Shown here: in pieces, positions 1 through 13,853 of the stretch
Layout: every line of letters begins with the position of its first letter
How positions within the stretch are numbered: the first letter of the stretch is position 1
Assembly (NCBI GenBank): GCA_012295275.1
Contig: CM022672.1
Span: forward strand, 9,114,001-9,178,000
Source of the DNA: Chrysomallon squamiferum
Taxonomy: Eukaryota > Animalia > Mollusca
Reading direction: 5' to 3'
Length of the DNA stretch: 64,000 bases
Position numbers and translations under genes: made by a program
Notes under the pieces: model-generated
Told to the model about the DNA's origin: nothing
Seen by the model: the letters and a program-made list of their open reading frames with translations, nothing else
Databases searched by the model: none

Positions 1-1046
1 TAAATGTTCTGTCGTATGAATAATTAAGTAGCTGATCATAATGAAAAACATTTTACATTAGACTGATAAAGAATCCAAATAATTCTGCTCGATATTTTTA
101 ATACATAATTAATAACAGTTAATGTCTTTGTAAAAGACAGCCAAGTGTTAAAGGTATGTTCTTGATTTGTTAAGAAATATTTTTTAAATGTCAATGAGAA
201 CTATTTGCTAGACGAAATAAATATTAAAGATGTTATGTAGAACGATTCGTTACATAAGGTAAGTAATCCAAAGACAAACAAGAAAAACTAGTTAGAAGAA
301 TACGTATGTGCTGTTCTGGTGAGCTTTTATAATAATTTCTGTACAGTTTAATATACGAGGTATTTACAAAACATAATACAGCAACAATTATTTAAAAGAA
401 AACAATGTGAAATACGAATAAATAAAAACTAAATAATAAAATAAATAAATAAAAGAAAGTGATATTTAAAAAGATATATAAAAATCTCTTTGTTAGTAGA
501 AATTTTAAAGGATATGCAGTGCTATCCATTAGCTAAAATAAGTTTTGAAAAGATATTTGCTCAGTTATTTGCCAGAAGTGTTTTATAAGAGATAAATACT
601 GAGCAAGTGGCTTAACGGTATGAAATTTTATAAATGATTTGTACTAAGCTAGGTGAAATCTTAAAAGGTATAATTGTAGAGATTTTTTGAAAGCATAATT
701 TAAACAGGAGAGACAGCTGAAAGTCAAAAGCTAAGCGATAGTAATTTGCCGATCACGTGACGAAATTAATAATTATAAACAAATGAATAAAAAACATCCA
801 TACTGTATAAAAAAATAATAATAATTAAAATAAATAAATAAATAAAAATTGATATTTTCATTGTTGTTATTATTATTTTGTGCAACAAAAAATAACTATG
901 TTTATTAGAGTGGTGCTTGATAAAAAAAAATAATAATAATAATAATAAATAATAAATAAAAAAAAACACTAAAGAGCTGAATTTTTTATTCAGCGTACAC
1001 TTTTTTCTTTCTTTCGTAATAATAAAAACCCCCGAAAAACTCGACC

Positions 1047-1080
<34 letters not shown>

Positions 1081-2446
1081 ATGGTGGCTGCAAGGGCATA
1101 TAACTCTATTATATTATCGTTTGTTCGTCTGCTCTTGCTGGAAAGAGAAAGTAAACGCTGTTTTACAGGATTAAATCTCTTGTTGTTAAAACCAGTACAA
1201 AAATAGCAGCGGCGGTGCAGAGAAAGCCGTGTTGAGAAATACTCGTACGTTTAATTAAGGACTGCTTAAGGCTACAGCTTGTCTGTGTTCCGCGCATTCT
1301 TCATCGCGTCGGGCCGCCGTGCCCGGAGTACAGTTGGCATAAATATACAGCGCAATGAATAGGTAATTTGTTTTCAATGAAATTGCTATTAAACAAGTTA
1401 TTGAAATGTAATTGAAAACCAACTACCGCGTGAGTGAGGTCTTAGCATCGATTAAATAAATATTTGACATGCTCAGGGGGTTCACGTCCGCTAGAAGAGG
1501 TCCTTTCACGACCCGCTAGTTGAGGGGAAAAGTCTGATTTTCGAGTAGATTGCCAATTACTTCTTTGACAATCAATCAAATTAGTGGAGATGCAGTTGAT
1601 TCGCGCAATTGAGAATGCAAATATTTATGTAGTCTTTTTGTAAAAAGTGTAAAAACAGAAAAAATGTTCTTCTTGTCGCCTTTATATCCTTTTTTTTTTT
1701 CTTTTTGTAAAATAACTTTTTTTTTTCTTTTTTCTTTCTTTTATGAACTATGACATAAAGCGTCAATCCGTTCAACATTATTCAGTACTCGTAACCTCTT
1801 ACATATTTTTTTTAGCAAGCCTGATAGTTTGACTGTCGACTAAGTTTGGATGTATTCTAAATGGTTTTAATATAAATTAATTCTCTCTTATTTATTTAAG
1901 ATGTTTTTATTTGTATTTTATGTGAATAATACAGTCGAGAACAGATTTAGTGCCTGGACAGATGTTTGCACATTAAATATTGGTTATCACAGCGAAAGCG
2001 GAGATATTAGTGGAAATAGATGTAACATTACCACCACAACGGGAAACAAGAACAACAATAGTAATAACAGCGTCAGTAACAGCAGTGGTATTTAGAGTAG
2101 TAATAGCAGAATCGTTGTATCATTATAAACAGAAACAGAGTCAAAGCAGTAGTATCATTAGTAGCAGCGGCAAACTTAGTAATAGTAGTGATAACTATAA
2201 CAGGAAAAGCAGGAAATAATAATGTCGCATCAGAAATTTGCTTATTTATTTATTTATTTATTTATTTATAAGAATCTTTGTGCTGACGATTTTTGTTTTC
2301 ATAAAACAAAAATAATAAGCAAACAAACTCCAGCTTACTCCCCCCCAGCCAAAAGCCGAATAAGACTTTTAAAAAAGGAGAAAAACAAAATGTTGTGAAA
2401 GCATGCGATAGCACACATGTTTCGTTCCTAGCACTACTATGTTTCC

Positions 2447-2481
<35 letters not shown>

Positions 2482-3024
2482 ATAATTTTCCATCAACTAC
2501 TCCATGTAAAAGCTCAGCTTTGAGATCTATCTCGATACGCCACTTTGATGTGGTTTAACACAGTGCGATATTGTCAACGAGTATTTAAATAAAGGCCAGG
2601 AAGAAGCAGGGGAAAATAGGATGCTTACCAAGTAAATCACTGGCGGTTTACGATAATTGCGATAGTCTAAGCGCAAATTACTCGGTGAATGCAAAAAGTA
2701 CTGTTATCGTTGAGATCTACAACGCTCCTATTTGTCAGCCAATTTAGTGCCATTAGCAAAAAGCTTTAAACTAAAAAATATTTTAACAAGATAAATGCAT
2801 CTTTTCTCAGCTTAAAGTATTTTGGTAGATGGGGTGTCAGCAACAAATTATGCATTATTTATGTCTCTCATTTTTCTTTCTTGTTTTTTTTTTTTTTTTT
2901 TTTCTCTCTTCTTTTTGTGAAAAAAGGAGATTTCGGCTAGAGTGTTATTAGAAAAAGAGAAACCCTTAGAAGTTAAGTTTTTACTAAAGGCATTTTATGA
3001 ATATTTTTAATGCATACACTGACG

Positions 3025-3061
<37 letters not shown>

Positions 3062-3398
3062 TAATAATATGCTGCGCGCGCGCACGTACATACACACTCA
3101 CACACACACAAGTAAAGCTACTCGGAAAGATAAAAAATATTTTGGGTTGTATTTGTATTGGCTTTTAAATTTACTATTTAAGATACAGTTTACATAGAAA
3201 GAAAAACGAAAACCTGAATAAAAGTGGACGAGTGAAGCACATTGAAAAACACACAAAGAAACACAAACAGATGAAATTTCAGTTAACTCAACTTAAATCT
3301 GCCTTACATGCTTCGTTTAAAATTACAAGTTTTCAATAATATTATTGCTGAACTTATTTTGAAAAGTGTTTTAAAGTAAACAACACATATTATAAACA

Positions 3399-3800
3399 AT
3401 GTGTGTGTGTATGTATGTATGTATGTATGTATGTATGTATGTATGTATGTATGTATGTATGTATGTATGCATCTACGTATGTACGTATATATGCATGTAT
3501 CTACGTATGTATGTATCTACGTATGTACGTATATATGCATGTATGTACGTATGTACGCATATATGTATGTATCTACATATGTACGTATGGATGTATGTAT
3601 GTATGTATCTACGTATATATGCATGTATGTACGTATGTATGTATGTATGTATGTATGTATGCATGTATGTATGTATGTATGTATGTGGATGTATGTATGT
3701 ATGTAGGTATGTATGTATGTATACATGCATGCATGTATGAAAGTAAGGATGCATGTATGAAAGTAAGGATGCATGCATGTATGTATGTATGTATGTATGT
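3399..3800. repeat. (TATG)n compound microsatellite
   Basis: TATG/TACG/CATG tetramer array; source of the spurious MYVC ORFs. Confidence 0.97.
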
Positions 3801-3837
3801 AAGAAACTCAGTAAGTAAATAAATATATATATATATG

Positions 3838-3962
3838 GAGATTAGAATTCTGGATATTTGTACACACTACTTAGACGAGCATTTCTCTTGTCACTTACAC
3901 TGAATGTACATAGCCTGAAGACATGAAAATTATAATTGAAGATATAAAATTTGGTGCACCAG
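3838..3962 (+). mobile_element. Possible internal fragment of the same Tigger4-like family
   Basis: GGATATTTGTACAC...TACATAGCCTGAAG...AATTTGGTGC parallels the reverse complement of the 45618-45910 interior (TACAAATAGTCTTCATG...AACTTGGTGC). No TIRs are visible. Confidence 0.3.
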
Positions 3963-5289
3963 TTAATCTTTCTTTTCGTGTAAATGATTCAAAACCATTA
4001 GCAGATTATCATCGTTTCATGAATAAAAAATATTTCTTTCATTGTTCAGGATAAATGATGTAGTCAGTAAATTTCTTTCTTAATTCTTTCCCTAGGATTA
4101 AATCTTGAATTGGTAGAATAAAACATTCCTCGTAACCATCTTCTTTGCATTGAAATCTTCGCACTGCAGCAGCTATTTCCACGATTCAGATCCTCGAAAC
4201 CTTTCAGCCTCGGATTTTGACACACAACAAAGCTTCATTGGTTATAAAAATACATCCATCAAGTCAGAGAAATGCGCCTAATCTATTTGTAAATAGGTAA
4301 AATGAATGCTATTTTCTGTTATTGTTGCCGTTTGTGACACAAAAGCGAAGGACATGATCCCAACACGTACAAGTTTTAAGAAACTCTCCGAGTGAACACG
4401 AGTCAGGCGACTGTCGACATTAGAGGACATTGGCCGTGTATTGTGGAAACTAATTGAAAATAAATCCTATGTACACAACACGGAAGCAAACTTTTGAAAC
4501 GCGCGCTTGCAAACATGAGCGTAATGGTCGAAACCGTCTTTCAAGTCTTGCTTTAGTAAGTAGCGGCTAAGTGGGGATATTGCTCCCAGTGTTTAACAGA
4601 ATTAATGCGATTACTGCCGTGCTTTGCCCTGAATACTGATCAGGTGAGAGCTGTAGACTGGACTGGGATACACGTGTATTATTAATTCACTGACTGCAAC
4701 ACCTGTTCGTATTATTAACACCGCCGTTGACTTTATTTTGTAGTGCAAATTTGAATGGCTTCTTTCACAAATCTATTTTCCTTCTCGTCCGACGAATTTA
4801 ACTCTGTCCATAATTATCTAGATGACCCTTTTTACTGACCAAATCAGTTTATGTTTATTTCTATATATATTTTTGTAATTATGTATGTATGTGTGTATGT
4901 ATATGTTTGTTTATACGTGTGTATATGTTTGTTTATACGTACGTACGTATGCATGTATGTATGTATAAATGTTCATATGTTCGTTTGTACGTGAATATGC
5001 ATCTATATTTCCATCAATTTTCAGTTTTAACCTTTTAATATTTTCCAGTGTGTAAGAAACATAAGTTATTTTCTTCTGATCTAACGGAATTATAATTTTG
5101 ATTTATTAAATCTGTTTTGAATGTTGATTGTGTTTCATATCAAATATTAGCATTCTTAATTTTATTATAATGATTAAAGTTTGTAAACAGTACTGGGGTA
5201 TTTATACTAAATTTAAAGTCAGATACTCAGACTGAGAAACATACATACGTACATTCAGATACATACAAACAGTCAGACGATACAAACTA

Positions 5290-5540
5290 ACTAACAACAA
5301 CAACAACAACAACAATAATAATAACAATAATAATGACAATAACAACAACAACAATAATGACAATAATAACAACAAATAATAAGAATAATAATACTACTAC
5401 TACTACTACTACTACTACTAATAATAATAATAATAATAACAATAACAATAACAATAATAATGACAATAACAAGAACAACAACAATGAAGATAATAGTAAA
5501 ACCAATAACAACGACGACGACGACAACAACAATAATAATG
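5290..5540. repeat. Compound trinucleotide microsatellite (CAA/TAA/TAC/GAC)
   Basis: Read directly. Similar arrays occur at about 11215-11470, 12660-12730, 15766-16130, 16545-16780, 17580-17785, 22795-22906, 34470-34800, 37240-37640, 39060-39235, 41010-41120, 50740-50822, 61380-61460 and 62640-62767. Confidence 0.95.
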
Positions 5541-6263
5541 AAAAAATATCAGTAACAGCTATATACCACTATTTTTATTCTAATGTTAATTTCTTCACAT
5601 GTTAATACATCTTAAACAAAACTCAAGCCAATGCGTTTATCTTATGCAGTTAAAAACACTCTGCACTTTGATACAAAAGACGTTCCACTGTCCACAATTC
5701 GCTGTCCGAATATTTCTTCCCCCCCATGTAACCTTTGGCCAGAGTCATGAAAGGGACATTCAAATTGATTTCTCATTCCCAGAACTTCCCAAATCCCGAT
5801 AATGAATGATCTTCACGTCCTGCGAGGCGTTGCGAGATCACTTGTAATCTTTGATAAATTAAAATGTCTTTGACAACAAATTAACTGCCTTCAGACTGAG
5901 AAAACATTTGCTTATCGATAAGAGTCAGCTAGAATTATTGACCTGCGAGGGATAAAATTCCTCAGAGCAGGCACCGATAAAGGCAGCCAATTTGGAATTG
6001 TCGGTGCCGTCCAGAGAGATCGTTGCCATTTTCCGAAGAGAGACGAAGGAATGGAAGAGTTTCAGTTGTTCTCGCCATTGATTGTCGATTAAGCGTGGTT
6101 GAGATCTCGCGATATGTCACGCGCGAGTGCGAGATTTCGTAAAATGGTAAATGTTGTTTCAATGAATGTTAATTAAACTTGTATCTGGTGATATGCCCGA
6201 AGTCACAGGTTGATGAAACAGATCTGAGACGTTGATTTTGTTGATAATTATAGAGAGAGAAAA

Positions 6264-6271
<8 letters not shown>

Positions 6272-6350
<79 letters not shown>
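6272..6350. repeat. (AG)n microsatellite
   Basis: Pure dinucleotide run. Others at about 30070-30141, 36275-36352, 47754-47890, 49551-49660 and 51278-51361. Confidence 0.97.
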
Positions 6351-6354
<4 letters not shown>

Positions 6355-7925
6355 AGTTAAATCTTTATTTGAACTACCAAAATATTATACAAAATAAAAA
6401 TTAATAATAATTGTAACTGTAATAGTAAAAGCTATTTCCTGTATCAAAAGCATCATCAATACGTCATAATGTCGTTATCTATTCTTATTCTTCTTCTTCT
6501 TATTATTATTATTACTGTTATTATTTGTTGTTATTATTATTTTCTTTTTCTTATTTATTTTCTTCTTTTTTTAAAGTTTTGTTATTTAGAAAATTATCTT
6601 CTCAGATACAATGCAAATAACAAACTGTTTTATTCCGTGTACAAAGTTTTCCATCAAAACAGTCGTTTTTTTTTATTGTCAAGAACGACTAAATATTTAC
6701 TGACAAAATTTATTGAGATACATTAAAAAGAATAAAATAAAATAAATAATAAATAAATTAAAATAGCAATAAAATAATAATAAAGAGAAGTAGATACAAT
6801 AAAAAATATATTAAAATACTAATGATGATTCTGACGATAATGATTATGATAATGATAATGATGATAATAATAAATAATAAATATATAACTATCGATAACT
6901 AACTAAATAAATTATGAAATATACAAGCAAATAAATAAACTAACCAAATAATAATTAAAAATTAACAAAATTATAAATAAATTAACAAAAAATTATTAAT
7001 AAAAACCAAAACATGAAAACTACTCAAACAAACAAACAAACAAACAAATAAATAAATGCCGAACATTTCTACAGTTCAGTAGTAATATTTCTAATGTTAT
7101 AAGTTAGTGCATTCCGCAGACTTTAACCTCTCCATGGATAACAGAAAAAACCTCCAAAAACTCCACTAAAACTATAACCATGAATAATATATAAAACTAT
7201 TGCCATTTTGTACAGAAAGCTATTACTTTTTCTTCGTAATTTTCATATTTTTATTCTTATCTAAATACAAGTTTTAGAAGAAAAAAATAATGTACGAAAC
7301 AGCTATAATAAAAATTAATGCATTAAAAGCATCTAAATATGCAATAATTTTTTATTTAAGTTATAATAAATAAAAAAATAATAATAAAAAAAAAATAGAA
7401 AATAAAAATACATTTAAAAAAAAGACATCGACATACTGCAGCATCAAACAACAAGGAACGCCCGAGGATAGGAAATCACACATTTCTCTCTAATTATTGA
7501 ATAACTACAAATAAACAAGATCCTATCACTGAGACAGTAAACCGTCTTTAAAACTCCCCTCCAGGGACTGGAGTCCTTAATGTCTTCGACACGTGAGTAA
7601 ACTGTTAAAGAACGTCACGCTGGGATTCTCTTTGAACGTCAACCTTTGTGGCTGTCCGGCGAGCTGGCTTTAACGGAATTGTTTAGAGACGTTTGATTGA
7701 ATCTCACTTGAACTCATTAGCGAGATCTGATAGAGAAATCACGTGTTATTCGGCAACTTAACCCTGCCTGAGACAGGTGTTTGTGCATCAGCGAAACAAA
7801 CCGGTGATAAATATTTTCCCTTCTCGCTTCTGTTTGACTGGCACAGCGTGTATGAAAGATTGATCTGTACACACCTTTTTTTTTTTTCTTCTGTTCTTGT
7901 TTTTCTTGAATATACTTCTTCTTCT

Positions 7926-7961
<36 letters not shown>

Positions 7962-9614
7962 CTGTTTTAGATTCTTTTACATTGTTATTTTTTTTTCTTC
8001 TAGTTCTTGTTCTTTCTTGTCGTTGTTGTTGTTCGTTCTTTTATATTTTTATTGCTTTTTCATTTTCTTTTGTTTATTTATTTAATTCTAAATAAAAGAA
8101 TGAAAAAATATTAGTGTTTTTATTTATTTATTTATTTGTAAATTAATTTGTTTGTTTGTTTCTGTAGTTAATTGTTTAAAACTTTGTATGTGACATTAAA
8201 TAATTTGTTATTTGTAATGCCATGTACATATTAATATAGTTATTTTGCAAAATATTAAAAAAAAAAAAAAAAAGTATAAATATTTCAAGTGCCAAAAATA
8301 TAATTTAACTGATAGTACCAATTTAACATGACGAATCCAGTCCGGTTCATTATCAGAAAGCCTTGCTTTCCTACACATATTTAGAAATTTGAGTTTATAA
8401 ATTTATAACAACTTTCATCATGGACTTTTATTTGTATATTTAAATATATTTGCATATTTCATCTCTCTTATAATTTATATTTTGGGAATCCGGTTTCACT
8501 GAGCATTGAATAGTGTAGTTAACCTGTATTTAAAATAAAATATTCTCCATAAATAATCTTTTTTGATGAAATTAGAAAAATCTGTGTATATTAATTTTGT
8601 ATTTTGAAAATTTATGTTAAGGAATATAGCTATATCGTCTAAAATATTACAATTAATAACTCAAAAAAAAAAAAAAAAAAAAAATGCAAAATAGTTGAAA
8701 AAAGAAAACTAATGAAGAATGAAAGAACGAATAAGTGACGAAAGAATGAAATAATGAAAGAACGAATGAAGACATAGAAAATTCAGGTGCTGAATGGAAG
8801 GAAGCGTGTGGGGTCGAAAAGACAAAGATGGTGGGTGTGGAGGTGGGGAAACCCACTGAGTCTCTGTTAAGAGTGCATGACAGTTGAGTCAATGTTCTGT
8901 GACTGGCTTTGTTGTGAAAAGAAACTTAGTAATCTGCAACCAGCCCTGTTTGTTTTGCAAGTCAACCAGGAGGTCAAAAGTTAATGTCTCCAACACACTT
9001 TCACAATAGCTGCTGAAACGAGCAGCATTATAATCTTAATCAGAGCCCAGACAGTTATTTAGATAGATTATAATACAATATGTCGCCTGGTTCGTGTGTA
9101 GGGATGAACTTTTATCAAGATGAATTTCTTTTCAGTGTGTTTAGTTAGCGATTAGGTGTACAGGGATTTCAGAAGGAACAATGTTTTTTTTTTTTTTTAT
9201 CATTGAAACTGGTTATCAAATATATATAAAAAATGTTGTTTTTTTATTGTATTTTTCTTGAAAAAAGATTATGTTATTCTTTTTTCTTCTTCTAGTATTA
9301 TTATTGGAATTGTTATTGTTATTGTTGCTATTATTATTAGTATTGTTAATTTAAAAAATTATGAAGTTATTAATTCCGAAAGAAGAATTTAAAAGGAAAG
9401 GGAAAGAAATAAAATAATTTTGAAAGTAACAGTTTGGGTATTTCAGGATTATACATTTGTAATAACAAAACACTTCGGTGAACCATTGTCAATTACAAAT
9501 TTAATAACTTTCATTTCTATTTTACATATGTTTGTAACAAAGAACAAACCCACACACACACCTACACACACGCACACACACAATACACACACAAACACAA
9601 ATAAGAAAAACACA

Positions 9615-9659
<45 letters not shown>

Positions 9660-10347
9660 ACAATAACGAAATAATACAGTTAACATACCGACTTTCTGAT
9701 ACCAAGCTGATGTTGAAACTAGACTAATGCCGGTGTTGTTGATGATAACGATGTTAACAACAACACTGATAACAATGACAAATACGGACAGAGATGATGC
9801 TAACCTCCGCGATGATAAAGATAATCGTATTTCCCAGCTACAAAACCATCAGCAAGTTATATTTTCTGTTATCGTATATTTTTCCGTGTAAAAACATTTC
9901 CTTTTCAATGTCCTGCGGCTTCCCCATCCTTCACAAACCCGCACCACGAGATCCAGTAGAAATAAACGTATGAGGTCCATGCCTGGGAGCAGTGGGCAGC
10001 TCCTTGCATTGTAGTAACTGCTCTAATAACTTAATTCCATTACACATACAAGAACAAATTCTATAACTTCACACCTGCCTTTATTATGGACGCCAGTGCT
10101 GACACGTTCTGTGTTTTGATTAACGCTCCAATGTTACAAAGTTAACGCTTTATTTAACGCTTTCTTGCTATCAGATTAGTTTCTTAAATGATCCATTGTT
10201 GTCCAATGATGAGGAGTAATGGACAATACCTGATTATAGACAAATAATGGATCTTTGGTTTATTGAATTCCATGTCCAGTATGTGTTTGTGAATTAAGGC
10301 AACAATGAAGTTGTTATTTTTATATCCTTCTAACAAGGATGTATTTT

Positions 10348-10615
10348 CACATACATACATACATACATACATACATACATACATACATACATACATACAT
10401 ACATACACACAAACATACAAACATACATACACACATACATACATACTCACATAAACACATATGCACATAAATACATAAAAACATACACACGCATACATAC
10501 ATAAATACATACATACGTAAATACCTTAATACATAAAACAACACTTACATACATATACACAAACATACATAGACACATATACACATATACGCACATAAAT
10601 ACATAATACAAACAT
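10348..10615. repeat. (CATA)n compound microsatellite
   Basis: Read directly. A related CATA/CATC array lies at about 31130-31456. Confidence 0.95.
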
Positions 10616-10680
10616 AGGTGTCTCTGTTTTTTGCATACACATGCGCACGCACACAAACACTTCAAAAAAAATCATTAAAA

Positions 10681-10712
<32 letters not shown>

Positions 10713-12049
10713 GTATAGTAATAATAAATAAAATAAATTTAAGAAACCAGAAGAAAGAGTAGGGGAAAAAAAAAAAAAAGTAATAATAATGTTGTCATTA
10801 TCTCCAATATTTTCTTTCCCCCTTACCTCTAGCGTAATATGAAAATCACATTTCCGATATTGAGAAAATAAACATGCTGTATAAACAGAATCAATGGAGT
10901 ATTTCATCGAAGTTTAGTTTCGCTTCTGGACTGGTAATGTAGCATGAAGGAGTTGTTTTATGTTTTTCTAATTACTTAACTAACGTCATATCGAAACGCA
11001 ACCAACATGTGATGTTTTGCAAACAAACCTATTTTCCACTTGCGAGTCTTAATGATATTTTGAAACAGACGATACCAAACACACGCTGTTTACTTTCCAC
11101 ACGTGCGCTTGAAATTAACAAACATGGCGACGTCGGGTCACGTGATTAACTGTGCATGATTTTGTCATTTTTTGTTTGTTGTTGATATTTAATCTCCCAT
11201 GTTTTCGATTCAGCCGTCGATGATGATGGTGATGGTAATAATGATTATGATGATGTAATAATGGGTATTGCTGATGAATACAATGATAATGCTTAATGAT
11301 GATAATAGTTATGGTAATAATGAAGATGATGTTGATGATGATGATGATGACGACAACAACAACAACAACAACAACAATAATAATAATAATAAGAAGAAGA
11401 AGAAGAAGAAAGAATAACGAAAAAGTAATGGCAAAAACGATCAGAACAATAACAACAAGAATAATTAGAAGGAAAAAAAGAAGAAAAAAAGGAAAACAAC
11501 AACAAGAATAAGAATAAAAACACAACATGAAATAACAGTTTCAAATCCACGACCAGAAATACAATCAAAACAATCAAAAACAATATTTTTTTTTTTTTTT
11601 TTTTTTTTAAATTAAAATTCTTTTTAAAAACACTAACACATTAATATCACTAGGAAATGAATACAAGTCGCCTGTTTTTCGACGCACGGCGCTTCGACAA
11701 ACACTCGACACGTTTCTCAAGCTAACGGGCTTGGACAGATCCCGCATCACAACGGTATGGCTAAAAAGACACTCGATAGTTTTCGTCATGGGAAAACTAG
11801 CTCGGTATTGGGTAGACCCCGCTTCTCTGATGTAGGTTTCGCCTCTTGCACCTGTTGCCTAACAGTTTCTTTTTTTTCCACCGAGAGTCTTAAACGTGTG
11901 TTAAACTGTTTGCCACTCGATTTTCTCATAAAGCGATTGCGTACAGAAATTCGCGGAATGTTTGGTAATGGGGGTACGAGCTTGTAAGCGTCAGCGGCCC
12001 GTGACCATCGACCTCCGCAATTAATAACGGACTTAGATAGCTATGCGGA

Positions 12050-12083
12050 TTGCTAGGTGGTGCTGGTTGCTAGGTGGTGCTGG
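12050..12083 (+). repeat. Exact 17-bp tandem duplication (TTGCTAGGTGGTGCTGG)x2
   Basis: Read directly from the sequence. Confidence 0.95.
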
Positions 12084-12623
12084 CTGCTTATTCACGGCGA
12101 ATTAAAGTGTGAAACAGACGGATGTGAAAGTAAGTGGAGCGGTTTCAGACACTATCTAGTTACGCCAAGTTTAATCTGAAATGGGTGACATTTTAGATTA
12201 GTTCGAAGTGTTTTGTAATTCTGGTGAGATAATGAATGTTTGAATGAATGAATGAATAAATGAATGAATGAATAAATAAATAAATAAAACAGATAAATAA
12301 AAAGAAGAGCAAAGAACAAATAAAAATAAAGATAAATGAACGAACAAAAAATAAGTAACTAACTAACTAACTATTAATAATAAATTAATAAATAAATAAT
12401 AATAACGATGATAATGATCATTATAATTTTATATTACTTATGAATTTCAATTACTAAAAAATTGTGAAATAATAAATAAATAAGAATAGAAGAAACGGGC
12501 GATCTTAAAGAAATTTATCTTACTAAATCTCTCTTTCTCTCTGTCTCTGGCTTTAATGATAAAACAATACTTCTCGTTATTTTCAAAAATTAAATAAAAT
12601 AAATAAATAAATAAATAACTTGG

Positions 12624-12656
<33 letters not shown>

Positions 12657-12660
12657 AATA

Positions 12661-12738
<78 letters not shown>

Positions 12739-13821
12739 AATAAACAAATAAATAATATCAGTAATTCAAAAATAATTCTGAATTCTAACTTAAGAAGTAA
12801 TGGTTTTCTATTTTTGTTCAGTCTGTATATACAAATCATTTATTTCTTTTATATTTTTATTTAAAAGAAGAAAAGAAGAAAAACTAAGCTATATCAATGT
12901 CTGCTATTAAAAATAACAATCGATCTCTGAATGCGATCATTTCTTGGAGCCGCCCTGAACGGTCGACTTCTTTTATTGCCCGGCAATATACCGAACGTCT
13001 TTCGACCATTTTGATATGATGGCAAATATCTCAATAATTGATCTCCTTATACAGCAATTTCCAAGAGTATTGGCCTGAACGCTAGCTCATTTAGGCCGAC
13101 ATCTTCATAAGGGATGTCTTTGTATCTCTATTTCCATCAAAATTGATTTCATGCTTTCTCCCGAGCCGGCAACAGCAGAATAAAACGACATCGGTTGTTG
13201 GTTCTAATTGACATTTAGTCAAGTCAATGGCTGTGAAATTCACGCAGATTCTTATTTGATGAGGGTAATAAGGGTCCATTTTTTCCTAGAACAAGCCTTG
13301 AAACAATTCCATTTGTCGACTTATCCCTTGGGAAGAGCTGATCGGATCAGAGTAGCTCGCGGAACAGTTGGCGTTTATCAATTTGTTCCGGGCTGAAGAG
13401 TCCTTCAAGGGAGTGCACTCGGGGTTGATGGATGATAAACCTTCTTGCGCACCAGTCGTATAAAACAGTTATAGTCTTCTCAGCGGCAATCAGATAACTA
13501 ACCTGTGTTTTAATGTACGAGAAAGGCTCGTTTTAATATCCTCTTTATTTTATTTTATTTTCTTTTTTTTTCTTCGTTTTCTACATAAAGACAGCGGCGC
13601 CATCGTTTCCTAATTACACTTACACACCACCCTCATGTACACGATTAATGAATATTGCGCCCGGAGGAATAAATACAATTATGAGAAATACCTTTTGTCA
13701 TATTTAAAAGAAAAAAGAAAAAAAAAAAAAAAAAAAATGCTCGCACAAACAGGCCATTATTGAACGAAGCTATATGTTTTCTTCGTTTTGAATTTTCCTT
13801 TTTTTCTGTCTTTCTGTCTTC

Positions 13822-13853
<32 letters not shown>

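Noticed and set aside
3399-3822. Multiple overlapping ORFs (MYVC/HTYI repeats) and the many poly-I/L/N/ER/VC ORFs across the window
   Set aside because: They are translations of microsatellites that lack stops in some frames; there is no coding signal.
8306-8522. Possible TTAA-flanked piggyBac-like MITE
   Set aside because: Inverted similarity is limited to TTAACT; the TIRs are not convincing.
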